From assembly GCF_036588685.1 (NCBI RefSeq), contig NC_086382.1, positions 21,576,001-21,640,000 of the forward strand: a stretch of 64,000 nucleotides of DNA, given 5' to 3'. This document shows positions 23,900 through 35,003 of this stretch, piece after piece. The DNA comes from Mytilus trossulus. Its lineage: Eukaryota. The notes beneath the pieces were generated by a model, which was given only the letters and a program-made list of their open reading frames with translations, ran no database searches and was not told where the DNA came from. How positions within the stretch are numbered: position 1 is the first letter of the stretch; every line of letters starts with the position of its first letter. The position numbers and the translations under genes are program-made.

Positions 23900-26155
23900 T
23901 TATATGAAAATGTTGTTATTAAATCGTGTTGACAAATATTTTGGCTCAACGAATGGCTTTCGTCAGTGTCAAAAGTTTTTTAAAACAATACTGATCTAAG
24001 TGTAAAAATAGATCAGTCATACAGGTAAGTTTTGGTTTATTGATAATCTCATAATATAAACAAAACACTATAATTCAATATACGTGACTGTGTATATTAA
24101 CATTAAAAAAATGAGTGAAAAACAAAACTGTTAGTATTTCTTATCGATGCCGTTTGGGTGATGCACATTTAGTTCCTTTATCCAAAAGCTTTCCCGAACC
24201 TGTCGCTGAATCTTCTGTTCAATAACAAGAATTTGCATGCGGTTACTGTCATAAAGTTTGTGACCCGACTCTCTGAAATGCTGAGAAACTGGGAGAAGTA
24301 GCTCCTTAGAGATATCACTCCTATGGCCATTGAGGCGTTTGTGGAAGGGCTGCTTTGACTCACCATCATATTGGAGGCCACAAACCGAACATTCTAGTAT
24401 GCAAATTACATTCATACTTTTGGAGGTAACATTGAAAAATATCTTATAGTTATTTTCGGTTGCCTTACTGTGAAATGTTGATGAATGCTGCATCTGTAGG
24501 CAGCATTTGCAGCGTTTTTCTTCACAAGAACGACATTCTCCAGAAGTCCTTCTATTATCAGACACTTAAGCCCGCACCACCAGGTTCCGTAGACTATTAG
24601 GTTGCCTAAAAGCTATCATAGGAGGCTCGGGAAAAATCTTGGATAGTTTGGAATTCTTTTCAACTGCTTTCCAATGCTCACCAATGACACCAAAGCTGTT
24701 TTTGAGAGAAGGGTGGTAAGTAAGAACACATGGAGTCCTTTTAATTTTCCTTTTTACTTTGAATTCCAATAGTTTACGCCTAGGAATTGATTCCGCTTTC
24801 TGAAAACCTTTTTTGATATTTCTGTGTTTGTAGACCCTTTTCTTCAAGCGATTTTCAAGTTGACGTAGTTGTCTTTTAGTTGTTTCTGTGTTGGAACATA
24901 TTCGCTTGACTCTTAGTGCCTGACTGTACGGGAATGCTCTTGGTAAGATGAGCAGGATGGCAACTTTGAGGGAACAAATATTGATGAGTTTCAGGAGGTT
25001 TAGAATATAGATTTGTAAATATGATGCCCTCTGTGAGCGAACTTGAAGTATCGAGGAAGGCGATTTTGGATTTAGATTTCTCATGAATAAATTTTTCACT
25101 TGGATGTATGTTGTTGGCATGAGTGATAAAAGTATCTAAATCCTCGTCGCTTTTATTCTATTTCATATCCACATCATCTATACATCTAAACCAGGAAACC
25201 GGGTTTTCGATGGAAGATTCAAGGAGTTTCTCTAATTTGCCCATAAATATGTTGGCATATGATGGAGCCATTTTGGTGCCCATGGCTTTAAGTACCAACG
25301 TGAGCATTTTGACCAGGCATTCAGTAGGTGGATATTTCACTGGTCTGGAATTCCAAACTTCTTTACATGCATCAATGCCATCTGCATGAGGAATATTAGT
25401 GTAGAGAGAGGTGACATCGATGGAAACAAGGGTCGTGTCGGAGGGAAGTGTATTTAAGGCCTGCATTTTTCTAAGATAATCGGTTGTATCTTTGATGTGA
25501 GATGGTAAGTCTTCAACATGTTGACGAAGGTGGAAGTCAACGAATTCCGATATTTTTTCCGTCGGATGACCGTTCGCTGAAACTATAGGTCTTCCTGTGT
25601 TATTGGCCTTATGAATTTTAGGTAAAAGATAACATCTCCACGGTTTTGAATTTTCTGGTTTCAAATATTCAAGAGTTTTGTCATTGATGAAACCATCGTT
25701 ATCCATTTGTACCAAACTATCAGTTATTTCTCTGCTAAAATATGTTGTAGGATCAGAGTCTAGTTTTTGGTAGAACCTTGCATCGCCAAGTTGTCGTTCA
25801 GCCTCTTGAATATAGGCATATTTATCTATGACAACCACTGCACTGCCTTTGTTTGCAGGTTTAATACGATATTGTTGTTAGATCGTTATTTTTTTCGTTA
25901 AATCATTGTCAAAAGGTTTATTGTTATTTTTAGTATTTCTAATAATGTCCAACTTAAAGTTATCAATAAATGATTCCAGGGTAGCATTTTTGCTCGGTTT
26001 AAGAACTCTTTTTTATAAATTTGTAGTTGTTCTCGTCTTCTGTAATTTCTGAGTCACTATCCGAGCTTATTATTTTATCCTCCTTCGACGCGAAATATTC
26101 CTTAATACGTAGACTTCTAGCAAAATTGTCAAGGTCTTCCGACAATTTGGTTTCA
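23900..26155 (-). mobile_element. Penelope-like element (RT + Cys linker + GIY-YIG), decayed
   Basis: [44 protein letters not shown]; PYSQALRVKRICS; CRSCEEKRCKCC; CSVCGLQYDGES..RESFWIKEL..PNGI. Its 3' region resembles the pLTR at 1560-1710. Confidence 0.92.
23929..23972 (-). ncRNA. Minimal type I hammerhead ribozyme in PLE pLTR (GAAA mutated to AAAA)
   Basis: UUGACA-CUGACGA-AAGCCAUUCGUUGAGCC-AAAA-UAUU-UGUCAA. Confidence 0.65.
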
Positions 26156-26648
26156 AGAAGGTCTACATGTTTTTCAGAGATTTTAAACGAAATTAGACTC
26201 TGACCCCACCCCTCAGTTCAACAAAGAAATCACCACAAACCTGAAAACATACGTGAACAGGGACATATTGATGAAGACACATTTAAATATCTAAAACCTG
26301 AAAAATCAAAGCCCGGGCGTTTCTATCTTCTGCCCAAAATACATAAAGCCAATAATCCAGGTAGACCAATTGTTTCTGCCAATAACCACCCTACAGAGAA
26401 AATATCAGAATTTATTGTCTTTCATCTGAGACCACATGTAGAAAATTTACCATCCTATATACAAGACACAACACTCTATCTCAAGAAAATGGAATCTCTG
26501 AACCCTCTCCCACCTGAAACGATCATTGTCTCGCTTGATGTTTTCTCCCTCTATACTAACATCGTATTGAAGCCTGTAGGGAAGTCTGGAACTCTCGTAA
26601 CACCTTACATCCACCCACTGAATGTCTCATCCAGCTTCTAACTTTGGT

Positions 26649-27629
26649 CAATTAATCAACTTGATTATACAGACAAAACCCCTATTGAAAATATGCATCT
26701 TAAGTTTTGTAAATCTACTCTTGGAATAAGAAAAAATGCATCCAATTTAGGAGCAAGAGTTGAATTAGGGAGATTGCCTATAGAATGTTTATTAATACAC
26801 AAACCCTTTTATATTTAGCTAGACCTTATAATAATAATATTAATCCATTGATAAAGGAAGCTTTTTCTCTAGCACAGTCTCTAGATTTGGCAGGAACTTA
26901 TTATTCATGGTATACATATGCCAAAAATATTGTTGAAGAGACTAATGTTGACCTTAATATTCGTTCTACTTGTAAGGACATTAAAGATGTAAATGAAATA
27001 AAAAACGATATAAAGTTAAAAATGAAAAATAGATATGAAGATTTGCTTCAAACTAAATTTGAAAACATTGATGATAAAAGTAAATTTTATCTTTATAAAA
27101 AACTTAAAAAAGATTACAAACTAGACTCTTATCTTAATACATCTAATTTTCAGATAAGGAGATTAATCACTAAATTTAGAATAAGTGATCACTCCCTCTT
27201 GATTGAAAAGGGGAGATATTTTAAAATCCCAAGAGAGGAACGACTTTGCCATAAATGTAAAATACTAGAGGATGAGAAACATTTTTTACTCTATGGTGAT
27301 TATAATAAAACTCTAAGAAATGACTTTTTTTAACACATATGTACTGACAATAATAATTTTAATAATTTAACTAAAGAAGAAAAAAATCATTATTTACTAA
27401 ATTCATCAACACCTCTACAAACAAATAAGTTAGGATCCTTCTTGAAAAAGTCATTAGAACTGAGGGCAGGGGACTGTTAACAGCTTGTTTGTTGTTATAA
27501 ATTTTGATGCTGTTTTAATGGTGTATGCTTGATATGTATGTATATATGTTTATTGTGTTTATTGAGTTAATATATGTTCGTCACAAACTGTAAAGTTTAT
27601 ACGACAATAAAATATTTGATTTGATTTGA
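26649..27629 (+). mobile_element. 5'-truncated non-LTR retrotransposon (RTE-X-like C-terminus) inserted into the PLE RT
   Basis: KFRISDHSLLIEKGRY..REERLCHKC..EDEKHFLL; AATAAA and an (ATTTG)n tail; flanked by TTTGGT on both sides. The PLE frame [11 protein letters not shown] rejoins across it. Confidence 0.85.
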
Positions 27630-28387
27630 TTTGGTATTAAAATGCAATAACTTCACATTCAATGGTGAACAATTCCTCCAAGTTAATGGAACTGCAATGG
27701 GAACAAAGATGGCCCCGTCTTATGCCAATATTTTTATGGGGAAATTAGAACAGAGAATTCTCAATTCATCTCTTCATCAACCCCTCTCTTAGTTCCGATT
27801 TATCGACGATATTGACATAATGTGGGACAATACTGAACAAGAACTAAATTTGTACATTCATCATGCCATCGATGCCCATCCCTCAATAAAATTCACATAT
27901 GAAATCTCTGACTCTAAGATCACATTTCTTGACACTACAACGCAATTGAGGGATGGAAACATATTTACAGATCTGAATTGCAAGCCCACAGACAAACATC
28001 AATATCTATCTCATTTGAGTTGTCATCCTAAACACTGCACCAAGAGCATTCCCTACAGCCAGGCCATACGAATAAAAAGGATTTGCTCCACCACCGATAT
28101 TGCAAAAAAACGTCTACAAGAACTTCGCGGTCACCTTAAACATCGGGGCTACAAAAGAAAAGACATTGATAGAGGTGTTTCTCGTGCTTACAACATCAGC
28201 CCAGATGAGGTTTTACAATATAAAGACAAAAAGGTCAACAAGAGGGTGCTTTTTGTGATGACTTACCATCCAAAATTTAATAGCTTATCTCACCTTATCC
28301 GCGAAAATTGGAAAGAGATCGAAAAACGTCCTAAACTATCCAAGATCTTTCCCGAGCCACCTGTACTGGCTTTCCGTAGGCCCAAAA

Positions 28388-28721
28388 TAGTTATCAACGG
28401 TACCAGGATTATAATTTAGTACGCCAGACGCGCGTTTCGTCTACATAAGACTCATCAGTGACACTAATATCAAAATCTTTATAAAGCCAAACAAGTAAAA
28501 AGTTGAAGAGCATTGAGGATCCAAAATTCCAAAAAGTTGTGCCAAATACGGCTAAGGTAATCTATGCCTGGGATAAGAAAATCCTTAGTTTTTCAAAAAA
28601 AAATCAAAGTTTTGTAAACAGGAAATTTATAAAAATGACCACACTATTGATATTCATGTCAACACCGAAGTGTTGACTACAGGGCTGGTGATACCCTCGG
28701 GGACGAAACGTCCACCAGCAG
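28388..28721 (-). mobile_element. Retrozyme-like monomer inside the PLE
   Basis: Non-coding unit with an HHR at 28421-28464 and a structured module at 28658-28721; related to 7685, 38588 and the 42703 array. Confidence 0.8.
28421..28464 (-). ncRNA. Type I hammerhead ribozyme
   Basis: GUGUCA-CUGAUGA-GUCU UAUGU AGAC-GAAA-CGCGCG-UC-UGGCGU. Confidence 0.85.
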
Positions 28722-29377
28722 CCTGGCATTCGGCCACACTTAGACAGATCTCAATTTAATCGACTGACCGTTAAAATCATTGACCACAACTCTGCTTTGA
28801 CTAAGGAGGATGGACTTGATCGGGAAAGATTTTGGATAAGAAAATTAACAACGTTGGCACCAAATGGGATAAATGAAAAGATGTAGTTCGACTCCGTGTA
28901 GTGCTTCACATTCAGATTATATTACTTATTATTACAGTCTCTGTTTCTATTTCTTAACCTTTCTCATTATTAAATAAATTTGTTGAAGATACCAATTCAA
29001 ATTGCTTAATTTTTTTAGGGATGTAAAAGTACCAAGCCACGTTCTCCTAGTAATACTAAGTCAAAACTTATTACATTTTAACGGCCGTCTGTTCGCAATG
29101 TTTAAATACTCAGACTCTGTTATAACTACTTTAATCTGTCAATTTGAAATATTTATAAATTTAGATCTGTCTATTTGGTAATTTTATTGACGTAATCATT
29201 ATCATTCTTGTACCATCATAATTGTCGTTCCCGTTAAAGTTTTAGAATTGTGCTAGTTCATATCGCACTTTATTATTTGTATTTAAAGCATATATTTGAA
29301 CTCTATGTTTTAATAAGCCATATAATCTATGTCATGTTATAAATCAACAAATTTTTAGAATGGTGCAAGCGTCTTAA

Positions 29378-29955
29378 GGTTCATCTGACGGAATTGAAAA
29401 ATATGGCCATTTTCACACCAAACAAAATACTATGAGTACAGACAAGATGGTGCATCTAGGAAAGTTTTAAGGCATGGCTGGACCTAGGTATTTACAAGTA
29501 ACATGGATATGAAGTCTATGTTTCAGAAAATTAATGGATTTTGACGTGCATTTTTTTTTCCAGTCTGCAGAAGATCGCAAAATAAACAAACACACGAGTT
29601 TTATTTGATACGGTCCACTCAGTTACACAGTTAAAATCACCTATTGTTTACAGGTGTCTGTTGTCCATCTATTGTCCATTTAAATCAATACTACTCACAA
29701 CATCGATTATCTGAGGGGAGCTTCTCAAACATTTTCCCAACTTAGTTTATTTTTGCACCTTCTGCAGGAATGAAAAAAAATAAATAGCAGAATCAAGAAA
29801 AGTTTATAATTTGCTGAACCATAAAATGCATTTAAAATATAATTATCTAGGTCCGGCCATGCCTTAAACTTTCGCAGGTGCACAGGTTTGTCTGTACTCA
29901 GAGTAAAATTGGTGGTGTAAATACGGCCATTTTAACCAAAAGGTTATGATGAACA
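29378..29955. mobile_element. Kolobok-like MITE
   Basis: TTAA on both sides; GGTTCATC/GATGAACA ends; long imperfect TIRs (TTAAGGCATGGCTGGACCTAG vs CTAGGTCCGGCCATGCCTTAA). Confidence 0.75.
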
Positions 29956-30051
29956 TTAACTGATGTTCGGTTTGATTTTTTTATTGTACAAATTTAAAGG
30001 TCGTAATAGTTTAATTTAAGAAGACTTAAAGATGATTCATTTAACATCAGA

Positions 30052-30093
30052 ATCTGACTGAGGAAGGATATCTGTTATCCGAAATATTTATAA
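30052..30093 (+). ncRNA. Minimal hammerhead motif at the PLE 3' end (stem I degraded)
   Basis: CUGAGGA-AGGAUA UCUGU UAUCC-GAAA-UAUU. Confidence 0.55.
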
Positions 30094-30115
30094 ATAATTA
30101 CATTTATAGTCACCT

Positions 30116-30990
30116 TTTGAGCTCACCTGGCCCAAAGGGCCAAGTGAGCTTTTCCCATCACTTGGTGTCCGTCGTCCGTCGTCGTTTTTAACTTTTACAA
30201 ACATCTTCTCCTCTGAAACTACTGACCCAAATTTAACCAAACTTCGCCACAATTATCATTGGGGTATCTAGTTTTAAAAATGTGTCTGGTGACCCGGCCA
30301 ACCAACCAAGATGGCCGCCATGGCTAAAAATAGAACATAGGGGTAAAATGTAGATTTTGGCTTATATCTCTGAAACCAAAGCATTTAAAGCAAATCTGAC
30401 ATGGAGGTGAAATTGTTTATCAGGTCAACATCTATCTGCCCTGAAATTTTCAGATGAATCGGCCAACCCGTTGTTGGGTTGCTGCCCCAGAATTGGTAGT
30501 TTTAATGAAATTTTGCTGTTTGTGGTTATTATCTTGAATATTATTATAGATAGAGATAAACTTTAAACAGCAATAATGTTCAGCAAAGTAAGATCTACAA
30601 AAATATCAAGATGACCATAATGGTCACTTGACCCCTTAAGGAGTAATTGCCCTTTATAGTAAATTTTTGTAAATTTTTCGTAATTTTTTGTTATCTTGTA
30701 CAAAAATCTTCTCCTCTGAAATTACTAAGACAAATTTAACCAAACTTGTCCACAATTATCATTAGGGTATCTAGTTTAAACAATGTGTCCGATGACCCTG
30801 CCTGCCAACCAAGATGGCCGACATGGCTAAAAATAGTACATAGGGTAAAATGCAGTTTTTGGCTAAAATCTCAGAAACCATTTAGCATTTAAAGCAAATC
30901 CGACGAGGATAAATTTGTTCGATAGGTCAATCGTTTTTTATATGTACATAGACCAAGGTGAGCGACACAGGCTCTTTATAGCCTCTAGTT
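30116..30990 (+). mobile_element. HINE / non-autonomous Helentron, full length
   Basis: Subterminal inverted repeats GCTCACCT / AGGTGAGC, a 5' hairpin, a (GTC/GTCC)n microsatellite, an internal duplication, a 3' stem-loop AGGCTCTTTATAGCCT and T-rich flanks. Confidence 0.8.
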
Positions 30991-32379
30991 TTGTATTTGG
31001 AGTTGTGTACACTTTTTTAGGCGTTTATATATACAAATATATATGTATATACAAAACAAATCTTTTCAAGCGGTGTACAGAATTATATATTAAAACTTAA
31101 ATACACAAAAAGAGTTTTAAAAGCAGCATTGTCTAGCGCTTTCAACTATCTTGGTACTTTTCAGGACTTTTCTTGAAAATTTGGGGAACTGTCGTTCGCG
31201 TTGGACTTGTTTTATTCACCAATCAAAATGACTTTAAGAATACTCATTTTTATAACAGCAGTTTCTATTGGTTAAACATTTTACCTAATTTACATTTTTA
31301 CATAATTTGGAGTTACTATTTTAAATTACTTAGAGTCGTAATAAACGAGTGACCGGTGAAAAATAATGTTATTCGAAGTCTTGAACCAATGCATACAAAC
31401 ATCATAAACTTCGTCTTCTGTGCATGATTTTATTTTTTTTTCGCTTAAATTTCGTATAATCGTCAATTTTTGTTTCAATCGGTCAGTGTTGTGAAAATAT
31501 GGCAAGTAATTAAAGTTCGTGTTTTGAAGCCGAAGTTTATAATTGTCACCTGTTTGTCAACAATCAACAAAAAGCATGGATATTATTGAGAAGGTGTTTA
31601 ACATGTACAATCAGATAATAGTTTATTTTAAGGACATTCATGCGTATTGCGATCACCGGATTTTTACGAGATGGGTCTCACGGAGGTCACTTTGCATACG
31701 GAAAATATGTCGGGGAATAATTATTGCTTCCTGGAAGGACACAATTCAAATGAAGTAAACTTCTTCTTAATATGAACAAATTAAAGAATTTTCTTCAGAA
31801 AAAAAGTATATGTACATAAGTTTCATAATGGAAACTATCCATTGAGCTATAAAAAAACATACAAACAGCTTTATACAATAATTATTTAGTTTCTGCAATT
31901 ACATTTGTTAAAGATTCACTTAGATTTATATGAAATATTAGAATTTATTTTTTTAAATATTTTACCTCAATTTACCTTCATTATAAACATGTAATGTGTC
32001 AGATTGCTAAATTCAATCCAAATCCAGAGCGATATTAAGTGTCAATGCTTGCTGTTCAATGTACCAATGCGGTCATTATCAAGCTGTATCATGTGGGGCA
32101 TTTATTTTTTGTTGATAGTTGTTTTTCTACTTAATTAAATGAGGCAATTGGTTTGCTTACGCTTATTTTAAATGAAGTATAATGGTGAACAGTTGTTCGT
32201 CCGTCCGTAAATCGTCGGTTTGTCTAACCGTCTTCAACATTTTAAACGATCATTACTCAAAATCTAGTGCACCAATGTTCACGAAACTTCAGTGACTTAT
32301 TTATATGTATTGACGTACATTTGAGATCCCTTTCGATTTTAATAAATTATATATTTTATGTTTCTAAGTCATGGGATGA

Positions 32380-32972
32380 ATTACGACAAAAGAGATAATT
32401 TCAGCTTCCCAATTGTAAACTTTTTATTTCTATGTAACAACATTCTAGCAGTGCTTGCATGCGAAGTACATATCTGCAAATTGAAACGATATTCCTTGTT
32501 TGTATTTCCATCATGATTTCCTTGATAGAGGGTTGTTGATCACAAGTAAGCTATCAAACCAAGAGTTCTAAATGGCGAAGTTGAAAACATCCCTTCGTAA
32601 TTTTACGGACGCCATCAAGATTTGGTTGACCATTATGGAATATTCGTTTCACAGATTATATCAGATATGTTCTACATGTTCCTCATGTCGTAACTACGAT
32701 CCCGTTCCCTTTTCACGAATGTGACCTACCGAATTAGACTATTTACCGGGTTTGAAAGAAATAAGCAACACGATGGGTGCCACATGTGGAGCAGGATCTG
32801 TTTATCCTTCCCGATCACCCCCAGTTTTTGGTGGGGTTCGTGTTGCTTAGTCTTTAGTTTTCTATGTTGCGTCTAGTGAACTATTATTTGTCTTTTTCTG
32901 TTTTAGCTATGGAATTGCCAGTTTATTTTCGATCTATGAGTTTGACTGTCCGTCTGGTATCTTTTCTCCTCT
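32380..32972 (+). mobile_element. Relic PLE-type RT C-terminus plus 3' tail (second relic ~46300-46680, - strand)
   Basis: Degenerate YDKRDNFSFPIVNF..NI..DFLDRGLLIT.KL.NQEF..KLK.SLR.FYGRH..LVD.YG. Confidence 0.6.
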
Positions 32973-33915
32973 TGTATTGGAGATCATTCATTAAAAAGTA
33001 GGATGATTTTCCAGCTTTGTGCAATTTTCATTAGACGTGAATTGTGTAATTTAATATGCATTGACAAATATTTTCTTTAGATTTTTTATCATTTCTGATT
33101 GTTACAATTTGGAGTATTCGGACTTCATTCATAAAAAGGTGGAGTTTCCAGTTTCGGACAACAACTCAGGAATGTTTTGAAAACTTTTCATGCCTCTTAC
33201 ATAGGCTCTCATTTTCTATTTTTACATTTTTATCTCTTACATAGGCTTTTCATGCCTTTGACATAGGCTCTCATTTTCTATTTTTATAAATTTCTGATAT
33301 ATGACATTGTGGAGTTTTATAACTTTATTTGTTTAAAAATCAAGGATTGGTGATCTGCATGTTCATGATGTATGTTAAAGTTTTATGGTCAAGTATGTAT
33401 CCCAGATACTATAAACAGGTCTATTATATTTGATGCGTGCAATGCTTTTATTTTTAAGTTTCATTGATAAATCTTTTGTCTTTTGTGTCAATTTTCTCTT
33501 ATACTATACTATGTATTTTTGTTGTGTGGAATAATTGTATGGTGTACATATCTGCAAGCAAGGGTTTATTTGTCCTTGAGCAAATGATCATAATTCATTG
33601 CATTGGCCTGCATTTAGTTTTTGTGGTTAGGTCTGTTTCTTAAATACTTTAAGTCATAGATTAACTATTTTTGGTCAAGAATTATTGTATGGTTTACATG
33701 TTCATATTGATGACTGATCATGGTGTGCTTATGTGAATCAGGTTCTTGTAGACAAAGTAAAACCTTTCCTTTAAGACTTTCAACATACGTTCAACATAAA
33801 AAGTAAAACCTTTCCTTAAAGACTTTCAACATACGTTCAACATAATCATATAGCATGCAAGACATTTCAGTATAAGCATCCTTGTTCAGTACCCAAAACC
33901 AATACATATTTTCTA

Positions 33916-34877
33916 TTATTAATTAACTACACTGTTATTGGACTTAATATGATGAAAACTGCCTATGCGATATAAGGTGTAAACTCGGCCAATACAGAAT
34001 AACTCAGCCATGGCAATAAATAGATTTTTTTCTGTATTGGCCGTGTTGACACAAATACAGGATTTCGGAACGTCTCTAGTTTTTACATCGAACGTCACGA
34101 TAAACACAAACTGAAAGTAAACAGTTGTTTGGAAGACGCAGTTTTCATTTAGCCATCATGAACATGTTGAAACGTTCAGTTTGGCATATATTTCAGGCTA
34201 AAGATGGTCATATTCAATCAAAAAGCATTTTGAAAGCAGACGATAAAATTATTTCAGGTTTGGGGAACGTGTAGATTATCACAAAGTTCATTTCTTGACG
34301 ACCTCACAATTTCACGATGGTACAAATCGATTAACTGTTTACTTTCGCTTTTTGTTTGTAAACTGTCGTTTATTTTTAAATCCGAACCAGGCATATGCAT
34401 TCTGTAATTATGCAAATCTTCGTTCTTTGGTAATTTGGCTTATGGACAGTTGTATGATCATTTTCAACTCCTACATTATTTTTTTTAAAATATATTCAAC
34501 TAGTTTCTGCATAACACATGCAATGGCACTACCTTTCCAATTACTATTTATGTGTTGCATCAAAATTTAAGTTGTAACACTTTATAGTGACCGGAAAGGG
34601 TAGATTCATCAGATGAGAAAATGCTGCGAAAACACCTGGAAACAGAACCAGATCATTAAAAATATTGCATTTAATAAAAAGAAAGTGATATTTGGATAGT
34701 TCCACTTCAAGGTAAAAATGTTTATCTGTTGTGAAATGAAATTAAAAAAAATATTGTAACACTGTAGTTAATTAATAAAGATACTATACTCTACGTGTAT
34801 TTCTGTATTGGCCTTGTTATTAGTCCTCGGCCAGTTGTATTGGCCTTCGGCTTCGCCTCAGGCCAATACAGAAATAC
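33916..34877. mobile_element. Non-autonomous element with asymmetric inverted repeats
   Basis: TTATTAATTAACTACA (33916) / TGTAGTTAATTAATAA (34763-34778), followed by an 18-bp-stem hairpin at 34797-34877. Confidence 0.55.
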
Positions 34878-34906
34878 TTACGTAATAATATCATATTATA
34901 TTTCAG

Positions 34907-35003
34907 AGATTTTCAAAGATGAAGATGGAAAAACAAACGAACAAACAACCCTTAAATGGTCTAGTACAGAGACTAAAAAGAAACCTCAATTAGGAGGAAT
35001 AAT
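34907..35003 (+). CDS. Stalk exon of the Ig-TM-ankyrin gene
   Basis: Acceptor tatatttcag and donor AT/gtaagt; phase 1 in, phase 2 out. Reads EIFKDEDGKTNEQTTLKWSSTETKKKPQLGGI, in frame with the neighbouring exons. Confidence 0.7.

Larger units (their letters stand above)
26176..30095 (+). mobile_element. Penelope-like element, decayed, carrying three nested insertions
   Basis: [34 protein letters not shown]; [28 protein letters not shown]; PYSQAIRIKRICS; GIY-YIG tail RERFWIRKLTTLAPNGINEKM* at ~28885; HHR-like motif at 30058. Confidence 0.88.
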
